The notes beneath the pieces were generated by a model. It saw only the letters and a list, made by a program, of their open reading frames with translations, was not told the DNA's origin and ran no database searches. A stretch of DNA of 64,000 nucleotides from Octopus sinensis (Eukaryota): positions 70,494,001 through 70,558,000 of the forward strand of contig NC_043007.1 of the NCBI RefSeq assembly GCF_006345805.1. The letters are read 5' to 3'. Positions 49,362-62,245 of the stretch are shown here, one piece after another. Every line of letters starts with the position of its first letter. The first letter of the stretch is position 1. A program made the translations under genes and the position numbers.

Positions 49362-49421
<60 letters not shown>
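49205..49421. repeat. Compound (TA)n/(TG)n microsatellite
   Basis: Direct inspection. Confidence 0.95.
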
Positions 49422-49423
<2 letters not shown>

Positions 49424-49520
49424 ATCAATATAGGGTGGCAAAAAATTTTGTAGAATTTTTTTGCCACCAGCGGCCTAGTGGGAAAAAATTAAATAGTCAT
49501 ATACCATTTTTAAGTTCAAC

Positions 49521-49782
<262 letters not shown>

Positions 49783-49814
49783 ATATATATATATATATAT
49801 ATGTTTGTTCCTTC

Positions 49815-50150
49815 ACACTTGACCCTTCTAATCTCTTCTAGGCCACCAATAGCTAGAATAGAGATATCACAGACCACCAACGAAATCTATTGTTCTCAAC
49901 AATATGTCTATCTTTCCTATTAGTTTTGGAGAGTTACATATACTAGAATTTGGCAAGGCAGAATTAGTTAGTGTACGGACAACTAGAGTCATGACCGCAA
50001 GCAGTCAGTCACTAGAAGCCAAACAGCCAGAGGAAGAGAGAAAGTTACAATTAGCGACTATGTGAGACAACTTCCTTCGACTCCCTCACTTTCACTAACT
50101 CACTTTCTTTTCTCTGCAACATTACCATATCTCTCTCTATATACTATAAT
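49815..50150 (-). repeat. Unclassified interspersed repeat, copy 2
   Basis: Reverse-complement match to 41430-41770. Confidence 0.75.
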
Positions 50151-50364
50151 GAGATCGTGTACACACATACCGGCCGAAATCAACTCTTTTTACCTCGCAT
50201 GCTTTTTATTTGTTATACATACCAACCCGTCGTGGTTTTGGATATATACAAGTTAACAGTAAATATTCAATCACTGTTTTTCATCCTTGCACACTGGGCA
50301 ACCAACACCTTAACAACTGTTACAATGTCTGCAACTAAATACAATACCTATTTCTTTATTACCC

Positions 50365-50568
50365 ACAAGGGGCTAAACACAGAGGGGACAAACAAGGACA
50401 GACATAGGTATTAAGTCGATTACATCGACCCCAGTGCGTAACTGGTACTTAATTTATCGACCCCGAAAGGATGAAAGGCAAAGTCGACCTCGGCGGAATT
50501 TGAACTCACAACGTAACGCAGACGAAATACCGCTAAGCATTTCGCCCGGCGCGCTAACGTTTCTGCCA
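50365..50568 (-). mobile_element. SINE of the 24975 family
   Basis: gaccccgaaaggatgaaaggcaaagtcgacctcggcggaatttgaactc...ttcgcccggcgcgctaacgtttctgcca. Confidence 0.85.
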
Positions 50569-50579
50569 TAAAGAAGTTG

Positions 50580-50747
50580 GGTACTATTTAAGAAGTGTGG
50601 TCCCGGTGCGCGCACTCGCGCTTAGCCAGTCGATCCTTACTTTGTGTTTTATTTATTTTGCTAGGTAGTCGTTGTAGGATCGACTAGTCACGACTAACTA
50701 GCGCGGATACGCGAGTGCGCGCACCGGGACCACTCTTAAATAGTACC
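50580..50747. mobile_element. 168-bp MITE with ~45-bp TIRs
   Basis: ggtactatttaagaagtgtggtcccggtgcgcgcactcgcg / cgcgagtgcgcgcaccgggaccactcttaaatagtacc. Degenerate flanking duplication aagaagttg / aacaagctg. Confidence 0.85.
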
Positions 50748-51276
50748 AACAAGCTGAGAATGCACCGGGATCGTTTAGATTTTATCTAAAAATTTTTAAT
50801 GACTTAACTGATTTCATAGATTTCTTTGATTTTCAAAAGTGGAGATAGAAAGATGTTGAGCTGTGCTGTAACTGTCTTTAAAAAAAAAAATCGAAACGAA
50901 TCTCAGTGCATTTAAAACTTTTTTCTTTATTTCTACCCATATGGAATAAAATAACTGTTTTCTATCTATCTGTCCGTCCGTCCGTCCGTCCGTCCATCCA
51001 TCTAATCTATCTAGGCAATCTTTCGTCTCTAGTAGACCTTTCTGTGTTTGATGGGGTGTGGGAGACAGACAGTATGTTGTGTAAGTGAAGTGCTTCTGTT
51101 AGTGTGTGTGAAGAGACAGAGTAATGTGTGAAAGAAAAAGATAACTGAAATTTTTTACTCGGTGTATGTGTATATGTATGTATATTACTTCAAAAGTTCC
51201 CGCAAGCCCATATGTAAAAAAAAATAATAATTTTACGGAAATCGACGGAAAGGTCTACTAGAGACGAAAGATCACC

Positions 51277-51337
<61 letters not shown>

Positions 51338-51841
51338 ATCTATCTATCTATCTATCTATCTAATCTATTTGTCTGCTTGTGTGTGTGTGTGTGTATGTAT
51401 GTGTGCCATTGTTGGTTTGTGTATGTCCCCGTAACCTAGCGGCCCGGTAAAAAGAGACCGATAGTATAAGTATCAGGTTTATAAAAAAAACAGTACCGGG
51501 GTTGAATCATACGACTAAAAAAAGAAAAACCCTTGAGGGCGGTGCCTCATCATGACCGCAGTCCAAAGACTGAAACAAGTAAAAGAGCAAAGATATAAAA
51601 AAAATAATCGTTATGGATTGCTATGGGATCTTGTGACGTTTCATCTAAAACTATGAAGATAAAGCTAATATAATATCACTAACATCGCTGCTTGAACCAC
51701 ATCAAAGGATTGTTGTAACACCTGTCCGAATCGCTTGAGAGATAAATCTGTTATATATAAAACAAGATAATTTTAGGGGCAATGATCCCACAGGATTTTA
51801 CCTAAAATCTTTTCCAGGGCCATCAAATCAACAGCTTAAAC

Positions 51842-51950
51842 ATCAGTGGTTCTCAACCGGGGTCCATATGGCCCTTCGAGTGGAGTGGGCGGGTTTGGGG
51901 TCCATATAAGACTTTGTTGTTAAAATTATCTGCAATAATTGGGGTTGGTT
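51842..51950 (+). mobile_element. hAT-type MITE left end (truncated)
   Basis: cagtggttctcaaccggggtcc start with repeated ggggtccata motifs. Confidence 0.55.
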
Positions 51951-52214
51951 CATTCGACTAAGAATTCTTCAAGGCTGGATTCTAATGACTGAAAGAAATA
52001 GAAGATAAAAGATAAACAGAAGAATCGAAAACGAGCAGTCCCAGACGGAATCTTCTTTACTTAAAAGTGATGTCATACTCACAGGACTGATGAGTATGAC
52101 ATCACACTGATGGTGGAATTATTCAACTTCACTGAATCAGACTTATAAGGTTCTTTACCTTTTGACACAGGTACCATCTTGGCTGGTTGGTTTAGAAGTT
52201 GCCTCTGCTTGACT

Positions 52215-52622
52215 AATACCTATTTCTTTACTACCCACAAGGGGCTAAACACAGAAAGGACAAACAAGGACAGACAAACGGATTAAGTTGATTATATCGA
52301 CCGCAGTGCGTAACTGGTACTTATTTAATCGACCCCAAAAGGATGAAAGGTAAAGTTGACCTCGGCGGAATTTGAACTCAGAACGTAGCGGCAGACGAAA
52401 TACCTATTTCTTTACTAACCACAAAGGGCTAAACACAGAGAGGACAAACAGATTAAGTCGATTGTATCGACCCCAGTGCATAACTGGTACTTATTTAATC
52501 GACCCCGAAAGGATGAAAGGCAAAGTCGACCTCGGCGGAATTTGAATTCAGAGCGTAACGGTAGACAAAATACGGCTACGCATTTCGCCCGACGTGCTAA
52601 CATTTCTGCCAGTTCGCCGCCT
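52215..52622 (-). mobile_element. Tandem SINEs of the 24975 family
   Basis: Two successive reverse bodies, each with ttaatcgaccc..aaaggatgaaagg and tatttctttacta.ccacaa. Confidence 0.85.
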
Positions 52623-53166
52623 TACCTTGTGGATGGAGTTATATGCTTGTACGTACGCAGGTATGTGTGTTCGTACCTACATAAGACAGGCTTCTCCAGA
52701 AACTATCCACCTAATTCTAGTTACAAGACATTAGGCAATGGCAAAAGACATTTGGCAGATGTGCTGTACAATAGCATTGGATCTGCATCTACATATACAT
52801 GTGTGTGTGCGTGCGTGTGTGTGTGACTTGGAGAATTTGCATTCTTATTTGGTGTAGTTGAACAATTCCAGCATTATATTTTTACCTCATTCCACTCAGT
52901 ATGATATCATTTTTCAATCAACAACTTTCATTCCATGATTACTCATTGTAGGTATTTTTGTTTATCCCATAGCAAATATTTAAAAATGTACCATCCGTTT
53001 GTGTATGTTAAATTAACATTTAACACATGGTAAAGTAACACTGGTGTCTACAGTGGTTGTGTGTACTTTAATGTAAAAACTAGAATACTATAGTGATCTC
53101 ACACAGACGGCTGTTCAAGTTCAGTAGTCACGTGTGTTATTTTAACTCAATCAGAAATTTTGAGTA

Positions 53167-54029
53167 CCGTAAATCCTCGAGTATAATCCGCATTTTTTCC
53201 CCAAAATTTAATGGTCAAAATCCCTAGTGCGTACTATATACGAGGTTAAAAATGAAAATTATTTTCTAAGCAATACCCAAGTCTCTATTTGCTGTCCGGC
53301 AATGTTTATTCAGACACATTTTATGATGTCGGACATGAAAATACCTTAAATCATCCATAACTTGCAGTTAGCAACATTTATTAAACGTTATTGCTATTAT
53401 TTCTTTATTATCTGGAAAAAAAAAATGCACAAAAAGCAACACGTTTGCATTATCTTTATATATTAAAGTGAAGTTGTGTGTCTGTCTCCTACGATTTAGA
53501 TTCCTAACTACTCCCATATTTTGCGGTGCAGTGTAACCAAAAGCGAGTATCTTATAGTCGTGATTCATATCGAGCCCTTCTGGGTATTAGCACGCGTCTA
53601 CGATGAGTCTACAATTAAAAACAAAATTTACCATCATTTTTTCCCATTTTTAATGCATTTTTTGCTATTATATAAGGGAAGTAACTCTCTAAAAATTTAT
53701 TATTAAATCTCAGAACGTAAAAAGCTACAGTAACCCCCCCCCCATTGTGGTTAGCCATATTGAGATGGCTATTATACTTTACATCTCTAAAAATGTTTAT
53801 ATAGTTATTTCCCTTACGAACCCGAGCAACGCCGGGCGATACTGCTAGTGTTATATATACAATAATAATAAAAGACGTTACCGTATACAGTTTTACAAAC
53901 CAAGGACGTTATATAGACCTCCTTGAGGAGTGCGTATTATACACAAGGTTTAGGTTTTTCAGAGGTACAGCCCCCTAAAAATCCCCTGCGTATTATACTC
54001 AAGGGCGGACTATACTCGAGGAGTTACAG
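53167..54029. mobile_element. Pogo/Tigger-like MITE interrupted by a Helitron
   Basis: TA-ccgtaaatcctcgagtataatccgc ... gcggactatactcgaggagttacag-TA. Confidence 0.8.
53453..53848 (+). mobile_element. Non-autonomous Helitron (family of 37437-37953)
   Basis: 5' TC, shared 5' ~220 bp, identical 3' end cccgagcaacgccgggcgatactgCTAG, and an A|T insertion site. Confidence 0.9.
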
Positions 54030-54304
54030 TAATCAGAAACTAGTAATGTATGGAAGCAGCTTTTGACTATTTATACAGGAGTAAAGCTACTGCGTATCAA
54101 TTGCTGTCTTAGTGGTCACTAAGAAGCAAAAAGAAGTTTACGTTTCAGTATCTCATTGTGGTTTTTGGTCATATTAACAAAATGTAAGTTGTCTCTCCAG
54201 CTTGTATTCTTCATTTTATTTAGCACCAACACACAAATATAGTTAACTTCTACCGTGAGACAGCTGAACCAGTTGACATCACAGGCAATCGAACTTCTAC
54301 TTAC

Positions 54305-54373
54305 AAACAACTTCTGCATTCAGCATTGATTCATAGAAGGTGCCAGTCATGCTATTTATCAAAGTGCTTGTCA
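54305..54373 (-). CDS. Candidate orphan exon (69 nt, phase 1-1)
   Basis: Minus strand ttcattttacacag|...|gtaagt. One open frame gives TSTLINSMTGTFYESMLNAEVV. Protein not recognised. Confidence 0.3.
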
Positions 54374-54414
54374 CTGTGTAAAATGAACACCGCATTACAT
54401 AAACACAATTCTGT

Positions 54415-54550
54415 ACAAGTAGTAGGTGTAGCTATGATGTTTGTATGGAACAATGAGTTGTCTAAATCATATATCAATAAAAACAAGTAGTAGGTGTAGC
54501 TATGATGTTTGTATGGAACAATGAGTTGTCTAAATCATATATCAATGAAA
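54415..54550. repeat. 68-bp tandem duplication
   Basis: acaagtagtaggtgtagctatgatgtttgtatggaacaatgagttgtctaaatcatatatcaat at 54415 and 54483, with 64 consecutive identical bases. Confidence 0.95.
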
Positions 54551-55019
54551 ACAGTCTTCCGCTTTCAATGAATTTTAAGATTATTTGAAGATAGTATAAT
54601 ATTTTACGTGCATTACCCAGGAGCCTCAAATCGATTATCGACGCTAGTGTCAGCACTTCTTGATTTCCTGTCATATTTATACAACTCAGCCTAAAAGTAT
54701 TTTCCTATGCATTAAACTGAACCACGTTTTGTTGAAATGTTCACATGCATTCCTCCATTTCTGCAGTCAGTCGTCGTGATTAAGACTGTTCATAGCTTTG
54801 GCATGACTTGATAAACTTTTTCCATGTTACTCGGTTTTTCGCTTGAGTTTGCTATTTATTATGATCAATTCATTTCATTTCATATTTGGTTTTGCAGTAT
54901 CTTTGAATCTCAGTCTAGGTCTTCCATGGTTTCCTTTCTCCTTACATTGTTGGGAATAAAGGAGTTGTCTGAGGAGTCTACTGTCGTCCAACGTGTGTAT
55001 GTGTCCCAACTAACGTAAA

Positions 55020-55745
55020 TTTGCGACGATATCCTGACGCATGCCCGAAGAGTGGTGGTTCCAACTACATTACAAAAAGGTGTATTGCAACAATCTCATG
55101 GCGGACATCCAGGAATGGAAAAGATGAAGGCTCTGATGCGGAGTTATGTCTACTGGCCGTCTATGGATCGAGATATCGAAAACTTGGTCAGAACGTGACG
55201 AGGTTGCGCGTTCTCAGCCAAAGCCCCGCCGGTAAAATATCAATCGTGACCAGAGACGGAAAACTCATGGTCTAGGTTACGCATTGATTATGCCGGACCG
55301 GTAAACGGCGCTAACTACCTAACCATAGTAGATAGCTGTACCAAGTGGCCGGAAGTTGGCCGGTGCAATAGACCAACCTCTAAAATAACTATAAAGTTCT
55401 TATACGAATTGTTTGCACGATACGGTGTCCTTGACATGCTAGTTTCAGACAACGGAACGCAGTTCTCTGGGTATGTATTCAAGAACTTCTATAAAAGGCA
55501 TGCGATAAAGCATATTTTTTCCCCCACACACACACTCTACCACCTGAAGCCAAACGGGCAGGTAGAAAGATTTGTGGACACCTTTAAGAGAGCGTTAAGA
55601 AAAGCGAGGAATGAACTGAGTAACGACGAAGCACTGACAAATTTCTTAAGAATATACAGAGCGGCCCCAATCCATGTACAAATTCAGAGAAGTCTCCCGC
55701 AGAATTGATGTTCGCAAGAAGAATAAAATCCATTTTTGATAAAAG
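55020..55745 (+). pseudogene. Ty3/Gypsy LTR-retrotransposon integrase fragment
   Basis: HGGHPGMEKMKALMRSYVYWPSMDRDIENLVRT*RGC (HHCC), WSRLRIDYAGP...IVDSCTKWPEV, FARYGVLDMLVSDNGTQF, and NGQVERFVDTFKRAL (DDE core). No LTRs seen. Confidence 0.9.
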
Positions 55746-55749
55746 TGAA

Positions 55750-56015
55750 GGCCCCCTTCGATCATGAATAACCATGGAATTGCATCTAGAATGTTACCCC
55801 CACCCCCCACAAGGCACAAGTCCAGGCAAAGTTGTTTATAGAAGACCAGCAGTCGCTCAAGCATACCAGCCTCCTGTCTCGACACCACCAATGTTATCCA
55901 AGGGAAAGGCAAAGGCTGATACAGCTTGGCACAAGTGACGTTGCAACCCATTTCTACAGCTGAGTGAACTGGAGCAATGTGAAATAAAGTGTCTTACTCA
56001 AGAACACAACACAGC
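55750..56015 (-). mobile_element. tRNA-SINE body lacking head (family of 25802-26141)
   Basis: ttgtttatagaagaccagcagtcgc...gatacagcttggcac...tttctacagctgagtgaactggagcaa...aagaacacaacac. Confidence 0.8.
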
Positions 56016-56039
56016 CCGAGGACAAAGAAATAAGGACCC

Positions 56040-56400
56040 ACAATATGGTAGAAGCCATAGCTACTCATAATAAAAAGGAGTACTGGTGGAATGTCCAAGT
56101 GAAAACCTCAATAAAATGTAAGCATAACAGACCTGATATAATGATTTGGGATAGAAAAGAGAAACTGTGTACAGTTGTGGAAATTAGCTGCCTAGCGGAT
56201 GTTAACATAAAGCTGAAACTCAGTGAGAAAAGGAATACCTACGCTGAAGTATTGGGAAATCTGCAGTTCCTCTATCCAGATTGCAAATTCAGGTTTATAC
56301 CTGTAGTTATTGGGGCACAGAGATATGTTAACACACTGCTTAAATATCAATCTTGAGAAATTGTTGAAATTCCAATGAAGGAGCCTTGGATCTAGGTTAG
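56040..56400 (+). pseudogene. R4/Dong-like restriction-like endonuclease fragment
   Basis: YWWNVQVKTSIKCKHNRPDIMIWDRKEKLCTVVEISCLADVNI...EKRNTY (PD..E..K RLE motif). Confidence 0.85.
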
Positions 56401-56735
56401 TAACTGGCTTTTTCTCTAATGGCAAGTAATCTCTATAAACGGCGTGTGTCCTTTATACAAATCCACAGTTTTTTCAGTTAGAGGGCTAGCACTTTCTATG
56501 GTCATTCAAAACCGTCCAAGGGTGGTCATGCACATCTTTACATTTCCCCAGTCACCCCGCAAAGCCATTAAAAAATCAATAGAAGTGACTTTTTTGTTTA
56601 TTTTCTATCCCAAACCCAATCAAAATGCCCGAAACTTGATACGCCAATTGAATGCCAGCTAGCTGTATGTAATTGGTCGGAGATTTGGACAGTACTCGCG
56701 TGTATGTGCACACGCACGCAGCTGTATATGCATGC

Positions 56736-56776
56736 ACTAGCACTATGACCCGGCAACGCCGGGTCATAGTGCTAGT
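56736..56776. other. Perfect 41-bp palindrome resembling a two-sided Helitron 3' terminus
   Basis: actagcactatgacccggc-aac-gccgggtcatagtgctagt: 19-bp arms with a 3-nt loop. Confidence 0.85.
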
Positions 56777-56879
56777 CTTGAAATAAAACTGAATAATGAC
56801 ATACATACATACATACGTACATACACACATGCATGCACACGCGCGGGCACACACACATACACGCAAACGCATACATACA

Positions 56880-58930
56880 GTTCATGTTTAAACTGTACAC
56901 AGGTTACCTGAATATGTTTCTCCAAGACTACTGCCAAATAAATGGAGTGATAAGCGATGAACAGGCAGGAGGAAAGAAGGGAGTCTGGGGTTGTGTTGAA
57001 CAGCTCCTCCTAAACAAAGCTGTCCTTGAGGAAATCAAGCAACATCAAACGATATGGATAGACTACAAGAAGGCGTTCGACTATGTGCCCCACTTATGGG
57101 TAATAGAATCATTATACCTGCCAAAGTATCTGCTGCTACAGTGAATGCCATTGAGAGACTGACTGCAACTAGTCCACATAGTTATCACCAACAACTACTA
57201 AAGCAACACCTATAGTTACAAATAAATTAAGCTATCTACAGGCATATTCCAGGCTGATAGTTTATCTGCAATGTTCTTTGTATTGGCAGTGAATCCCTTG
57301 TCAGCCCTGTTAACAAAATGCTATGGCTACATGCTGGGATATGCAGAAAAGAATAAAGTTAACGTTACCCACACATTTTTTGTTGATGACCTAAAGTTAT
57401 ATTCTAGTGATATGACTAACACAAAGAGACAATTAGAACTAGTTACAGCATTCTCGCGAGATATAGAATTGGAATTTGGGCAAGATAAATGCTTATACAT
57501 GACAGTCAACCGAGGGAAGATTGTCGACCAGGCAGAGAACATGTACATCAACGGCTTGTCTATCTCCCCTATCTCTAATGATGAAAGCTACAAGTATCTC
57601 GGAATCGATGAAAATGTTGCATACACTGTTGCTTTGATTAAAACCAGAATAACAAAAGAGTACTTCTGTAGACCCCGGAAAATATGGAATTCAGAGCTAT
57701 CTGCATTTAACTAGACCATATCTCACGATGCTTTTGCAGTACCAGTGCTAGTACCAACATTTGGGATATTGAACTGGACGCTCGATGAGATACAAAGCCT
57801 GGTCATCAAAACCAGAAAGGTACTAGACACCACTGGCAACTTCCACATCAACAGTGTCACCGACAAGATTTATGAGAGACGAAGTGATGGCGGTAGAGAC
57901 ATCTGAATGTCGCATTGTAATCACTCAGACAACACCTGCTGAAAAGAAAAGAAAGAAAGAAGTATATTCCATGCACACTCAAAAGTGAAAGCAACAACAT
58001 CATCAGAGTTGCAGAAGAACTGCTGTGAGGCATGCTGAGAATACAACTGTTTCATGCGACCCAAAGGGGGCTGGACTAGCTTGCCTAAACAGAAGCTTCG
58101 AGGAGAAGTAGGCATCATACTAACAAAAAGCAATGCATGTAAGCTGGAAGGCAATAACAGCATTGACAGGAAGAGGAGTCTCTCTTGGACCTGCGATAGA
58201 TATATTACATCCCACTTAGAAAGATATGCCTTCACTATCAAGGAAGAGGGGATAACTACTAAATATCTGATAAACAAGAGGGACAAAGATACCACCAAAC
58301 CTCCACGTTGTGATAAAAAATATGGCTCTGCTATACCAGTATGGAAGATATCACCCACATCATCAGCAATTGTCCCAAAATGTCTATGAGATATTACCTG
58401 CTCCTGGGGCATGATATAGTTACAAAGACTATTTACAAAAACTATTTACAATGCTATTCGCAGGAAGGACTGTTCTGACGAATACATCAAAAGCATGTTA
58501 GACCCAGCAGGTTTTCACACGTTTAAAAACAAGGAACACTGGTGAAACCCCTCAATAAAAACATCAATTTGGTGCAAATATAACAGACTTGATATTGTTC
58601 TGCGGGACAGGGAACAAAAGTCATACACTGTTGTAGAGGTCAGCTGCCCAGGAGATCTGAATGTACAATCAAAAGTCCAGGAAAAAGAGAACACTTTTGG
58701 CGAATTAATGCGGAACTTACAGCTCCTGTACACTGACTATGAATGTTCATGTATACCTATCATCATAGGCACATTAAGTTATGCACCAACATGGAGGAGG
58801 AAGAAGGGAAATAAGAGAGGAGAGAGAAAAAGAGCAGAAGAAACTGAGGCAGATTCTCCAAATTCAATCTATTAGTGGCCAGTGAAGATCTGTAAGACAT
58901 TCCCAAAGTTCTCCATGTGAGATTCTTATG
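56880..58930 (+). pseudogene. R4/Dong-like non-LTR retrotransposon (RT through RLE), decayed
   Basis: EQAGGKKGVWGCVEQLLLNK, WIDYKKAFDYVPH, GIFQADSLS..FFVLAVNPL, FFVDDLKLY, SYKYLGIDE, and later NRLDIVL..VVEVSCP. Frameshifts throughout. Confidence 0.9.
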
Positions 58931-59084
58931 TGAATGGATGCACACACTTGGGTGTATGCACTGACAGTTCAACCAACATACCAACATATTTACAAACACC
59001 AGGAACTCTCTTAACTCAAAAAGTCATGTTACTTTGTCTGGAACCCGCTTGGACTCTCTCAAAAAAAACTTAAATTAAACCCAA

Positions 59085-59274
59085 AGAAAAATCATGTGAA
59101 AACCCGTATGATACTAACCAGCACACAATCTCCACATCAAGAGCTGGGTGAACTGGAATAACGTGAAATAAAGTGTCCTGCTCAAGAACACGACACAAAA
59201 CCCGGTGCGTGAATCGTACTAACACTTCGTGATTGTGAACCGGATGCTCGAACAATTGAGCTATGCACCTTCTA

Positions 59275-59305
<31 letters not shown>

Positions 59306-59460
59306 TGCACAACCGTGGCTGTGGTAAGAAGTTTGATTCCTAACCACATGTTTCAGGTTCAGTTCCATTACATGGCATCTTGGGCAAGTATCTACTACTA
59401 TGGCCGATCTTGTTAGTGGATTTGGTCGACGGAAACTGAAAGAAGCCCGTCGTGTGTGTA
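59085..59460. mobile_element. Two SINE fragments in opposite orientations around a (CA)n tract
   Basis: 59085-59275 is a reverse tRNA-SINE head (gctcaagaacacgacac...gaatcg...ctatgcaccttc). 59310-59460 is a forward gtggctgtggtaagaag...gaaactgaaagaagcccgtc. Confidence 0.7.
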
Positions 59461-59919
59461 TGTATATATATATATACATACCTCTTCACCCGTCTATAAA
59501 CAAATGTAAACAAATCAAGCGATCAGACAGGTTCGAAGTAACTTAACTCTGTCATTAAAACTATTTATCTATCTGTCAGTTTGTCTGTCTGTCTATCTCT
59601 CCACCTATCTATGTACATATACATAAATATCTGTGTGTGTGTGTGTGTGCATGTGTGTGACATATATATGTATATATATAATTATACCAAATTAATAAAT
59701 AAAACATATGCATATATACATACATATATGTACGTACCTACATCTACATGTATACATACATGCATATATGGGTATAGGACACCCCTGTACCCATACATGC
59801 TTGTATATATACATGTAGATGTAGGTACGTACATATATGTATGTATATATGCATGTTTTATTTATTAATTGTTATTACACGACAGAACGCACGTATATAA
59901 AATTCTAAGTAAGTTTCTT

Positions 59920-60008
<89 letters not shown>

Positions 60009-60944
60009 CTGAGAAAGAGACAGAGGGGGAAGGAGACATGGTGGATTGATAGAAAGACGCATTCATGTGAAACAAATCAACCAACCAGAAATCTTTATAA
60101 AACAGCCTAGCTTTATCTCTGTATATGTATGTATTCGTGAACGTATGTATTTTTATATGTATGGATTATAAACACACCCACAACACACATATAACGGGGA
60201 TCATATGGTAAGCTGGTGCAAAACAAATAAATAGTATAGTAAGTTGGATAAGTGATAAACGTAATAGAAAATGCTTAGAATTTTGAAAGGAAACAACCAC
60301 AATGAAAGTAAATACGCCAACGAAAGCAACAAAAGGAGTTATAACTTTCGGGGGTTATACTCTTTTTTAAAGAGGAGGAAGAAGAGAAATAAGAGAGAAG
60401 AGAGAAAAAGAAATGGAAATGATACAGTATTTACGTCTTTGTACATTGCAGGCTTGGTGAAAAAAGGCTGTTGGAGAGTCGGATAGTAGAATTAAAAGCG
60501 GATGCACAATCTAAGTGATAGAATTAATGGGAAAAGGGAGTGGAAATGAGAAATAGAATAAGTGGCGAATAGAAAGGAGTAAGAGAGAGATAAAAGGGGA
60601 AATAACGAGAGAAGTGAGAGGGCAACTTCAAAATATTGGTGTGTGTGCGTGTGATTGCGTGCGCACGCGCGCGCGCGCGCGTGTGTGTGTGATTGTGTGT
60701 AATGAGGTGTAATTTAATGTATGATTTATGTAGATGGTGTGTCAAGGAATATAAAGTGCGTGTTTCTATGTACATTCCTACAACATATTGTATCCAGTTA
60801 ATAATGTGCATGTATGTATGTTTATATATATGTGTGATGATGATGATGTGGTGGTGGTGGTGGTGATGGTGATGGTGATAATGATGATGGTGGTGATAGT
60901 GATTATGATGATGATGGTAGTCTGAGAAAGACGGTTCTGCTATT

Positions 60945-61205
60945 TCTTGCTGAACAACTTGGACAAATGATTTGTTTATAGCGATCAAATGTTTGTGCCG
61001 TACATTAGCTCACTCTCTCTCAATCAAAACGAAATTTCCTGGATGTTCTAGTGTATTTGCCACAAGTCAGGTGTCGAAGTGATCGCAGAGCAACGTGAAA
61101 TGAAGTCGTTTGCTCAAGAACACAACACACCACTCGGACCAGGAATTGAAACCACGATCTCACGATCGAGAGTGCGAAGCCCTAACCACTAGGCCATGTG
61201 CCCTC
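60945..61205 (-). mobile_element. tRNA-derived SINE
   Basis: ttgctcaagaacacaacac...gaattgaaaccacgatctcacgatc...ctaaccactaggccatgtgccctcac; the reverse complement gives A and B boxes. Confidence 0.75.
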
Positions 61206-62099
61206 ACACACACGCACCACTTTAACTCATCCGCTGACGCTGTTTTCCACCTCACGGTCTGTAGTGTTATTTCAAACTACGGCTCAATTGTTCCTCGCTA
61301 TCACAAAGAACAGCAGCTCATCTTTTATCTGGGCTACAACTACCGCTCGGACATAAATAGTGTGGTTACGTTCCCATACCTCCACCCCACCACACCGTAT
61401 TCCACACTTCCGCATTGCACCCCCCACCCATTATACACTACACTTACACACACATCTCACAGTTCACATACACTATATAACAATGCATTCACATATTCTG
61501 AACGAACACACACACAGACACACACACACACACATGCAAATACACACAGATATACGCACAGACTAGTCTCCAAGTATAAAAACTTATTTCTCATGCGTAC
61601 GCGCCAGCAGACGCACGGCTACACCCAGCATCTCACCTTGCACCAACACAGTTTCTGCCAATTACTTTACACATATTTCTACCCACCAACATACACCACT
61701 TCACGCATAGTTACCCCTTATTTACTACACTTATTCTATTCATCGTTTTTACCACATATACTTATTACATCACATCTACGCACAAACAGAACCCCTGGAG
61801 AGTGCGCGCGTGCGTACATCTGTGTGTGTGTGTGCAAAGAGTGAGGCTTACAAATGGGTGTAAACATGTAAACATGTAAACATATTTCTTATCGCACTCC
61901 CTCCTCTCTCTGTGTATGTATGTGTGTCCATGCATGTATGTATGTAAACACGTGTTTGTGTATTATATATATATATATATATAAATTTACACACACACTT
62001 ATACACATTTAGATATACCTATACATAAATTTACACACACACACACACACACACTCACACACACGCACACATAAATTTACATATACCTTTCTATATATA

Positions 62100-62145
62100 A
62101 ATTTATACACACACAAACATATGTATATATATATATATAATATAT

Positions 62146-62242
<97 letters not shown>

Positions 62243-62245
62243 CAT
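62100..62245. repeat. (TA)n-dominated microsatellite
   Basis: Direct inspection. Confidence 0.95.

Noticed and set aside
60524-60988. Poly-His protein
   Set aside because: Translation of a (TGA/TGG)n trinucleotide tract and CA/CG repeats.
61110-61844. 244-aa ORF, the longest in the track
   Set aside because: It starts in a SINE and runs through CA-rich low-complexity DNA; the T/H/Y-rich composition reflects the microsatellites.
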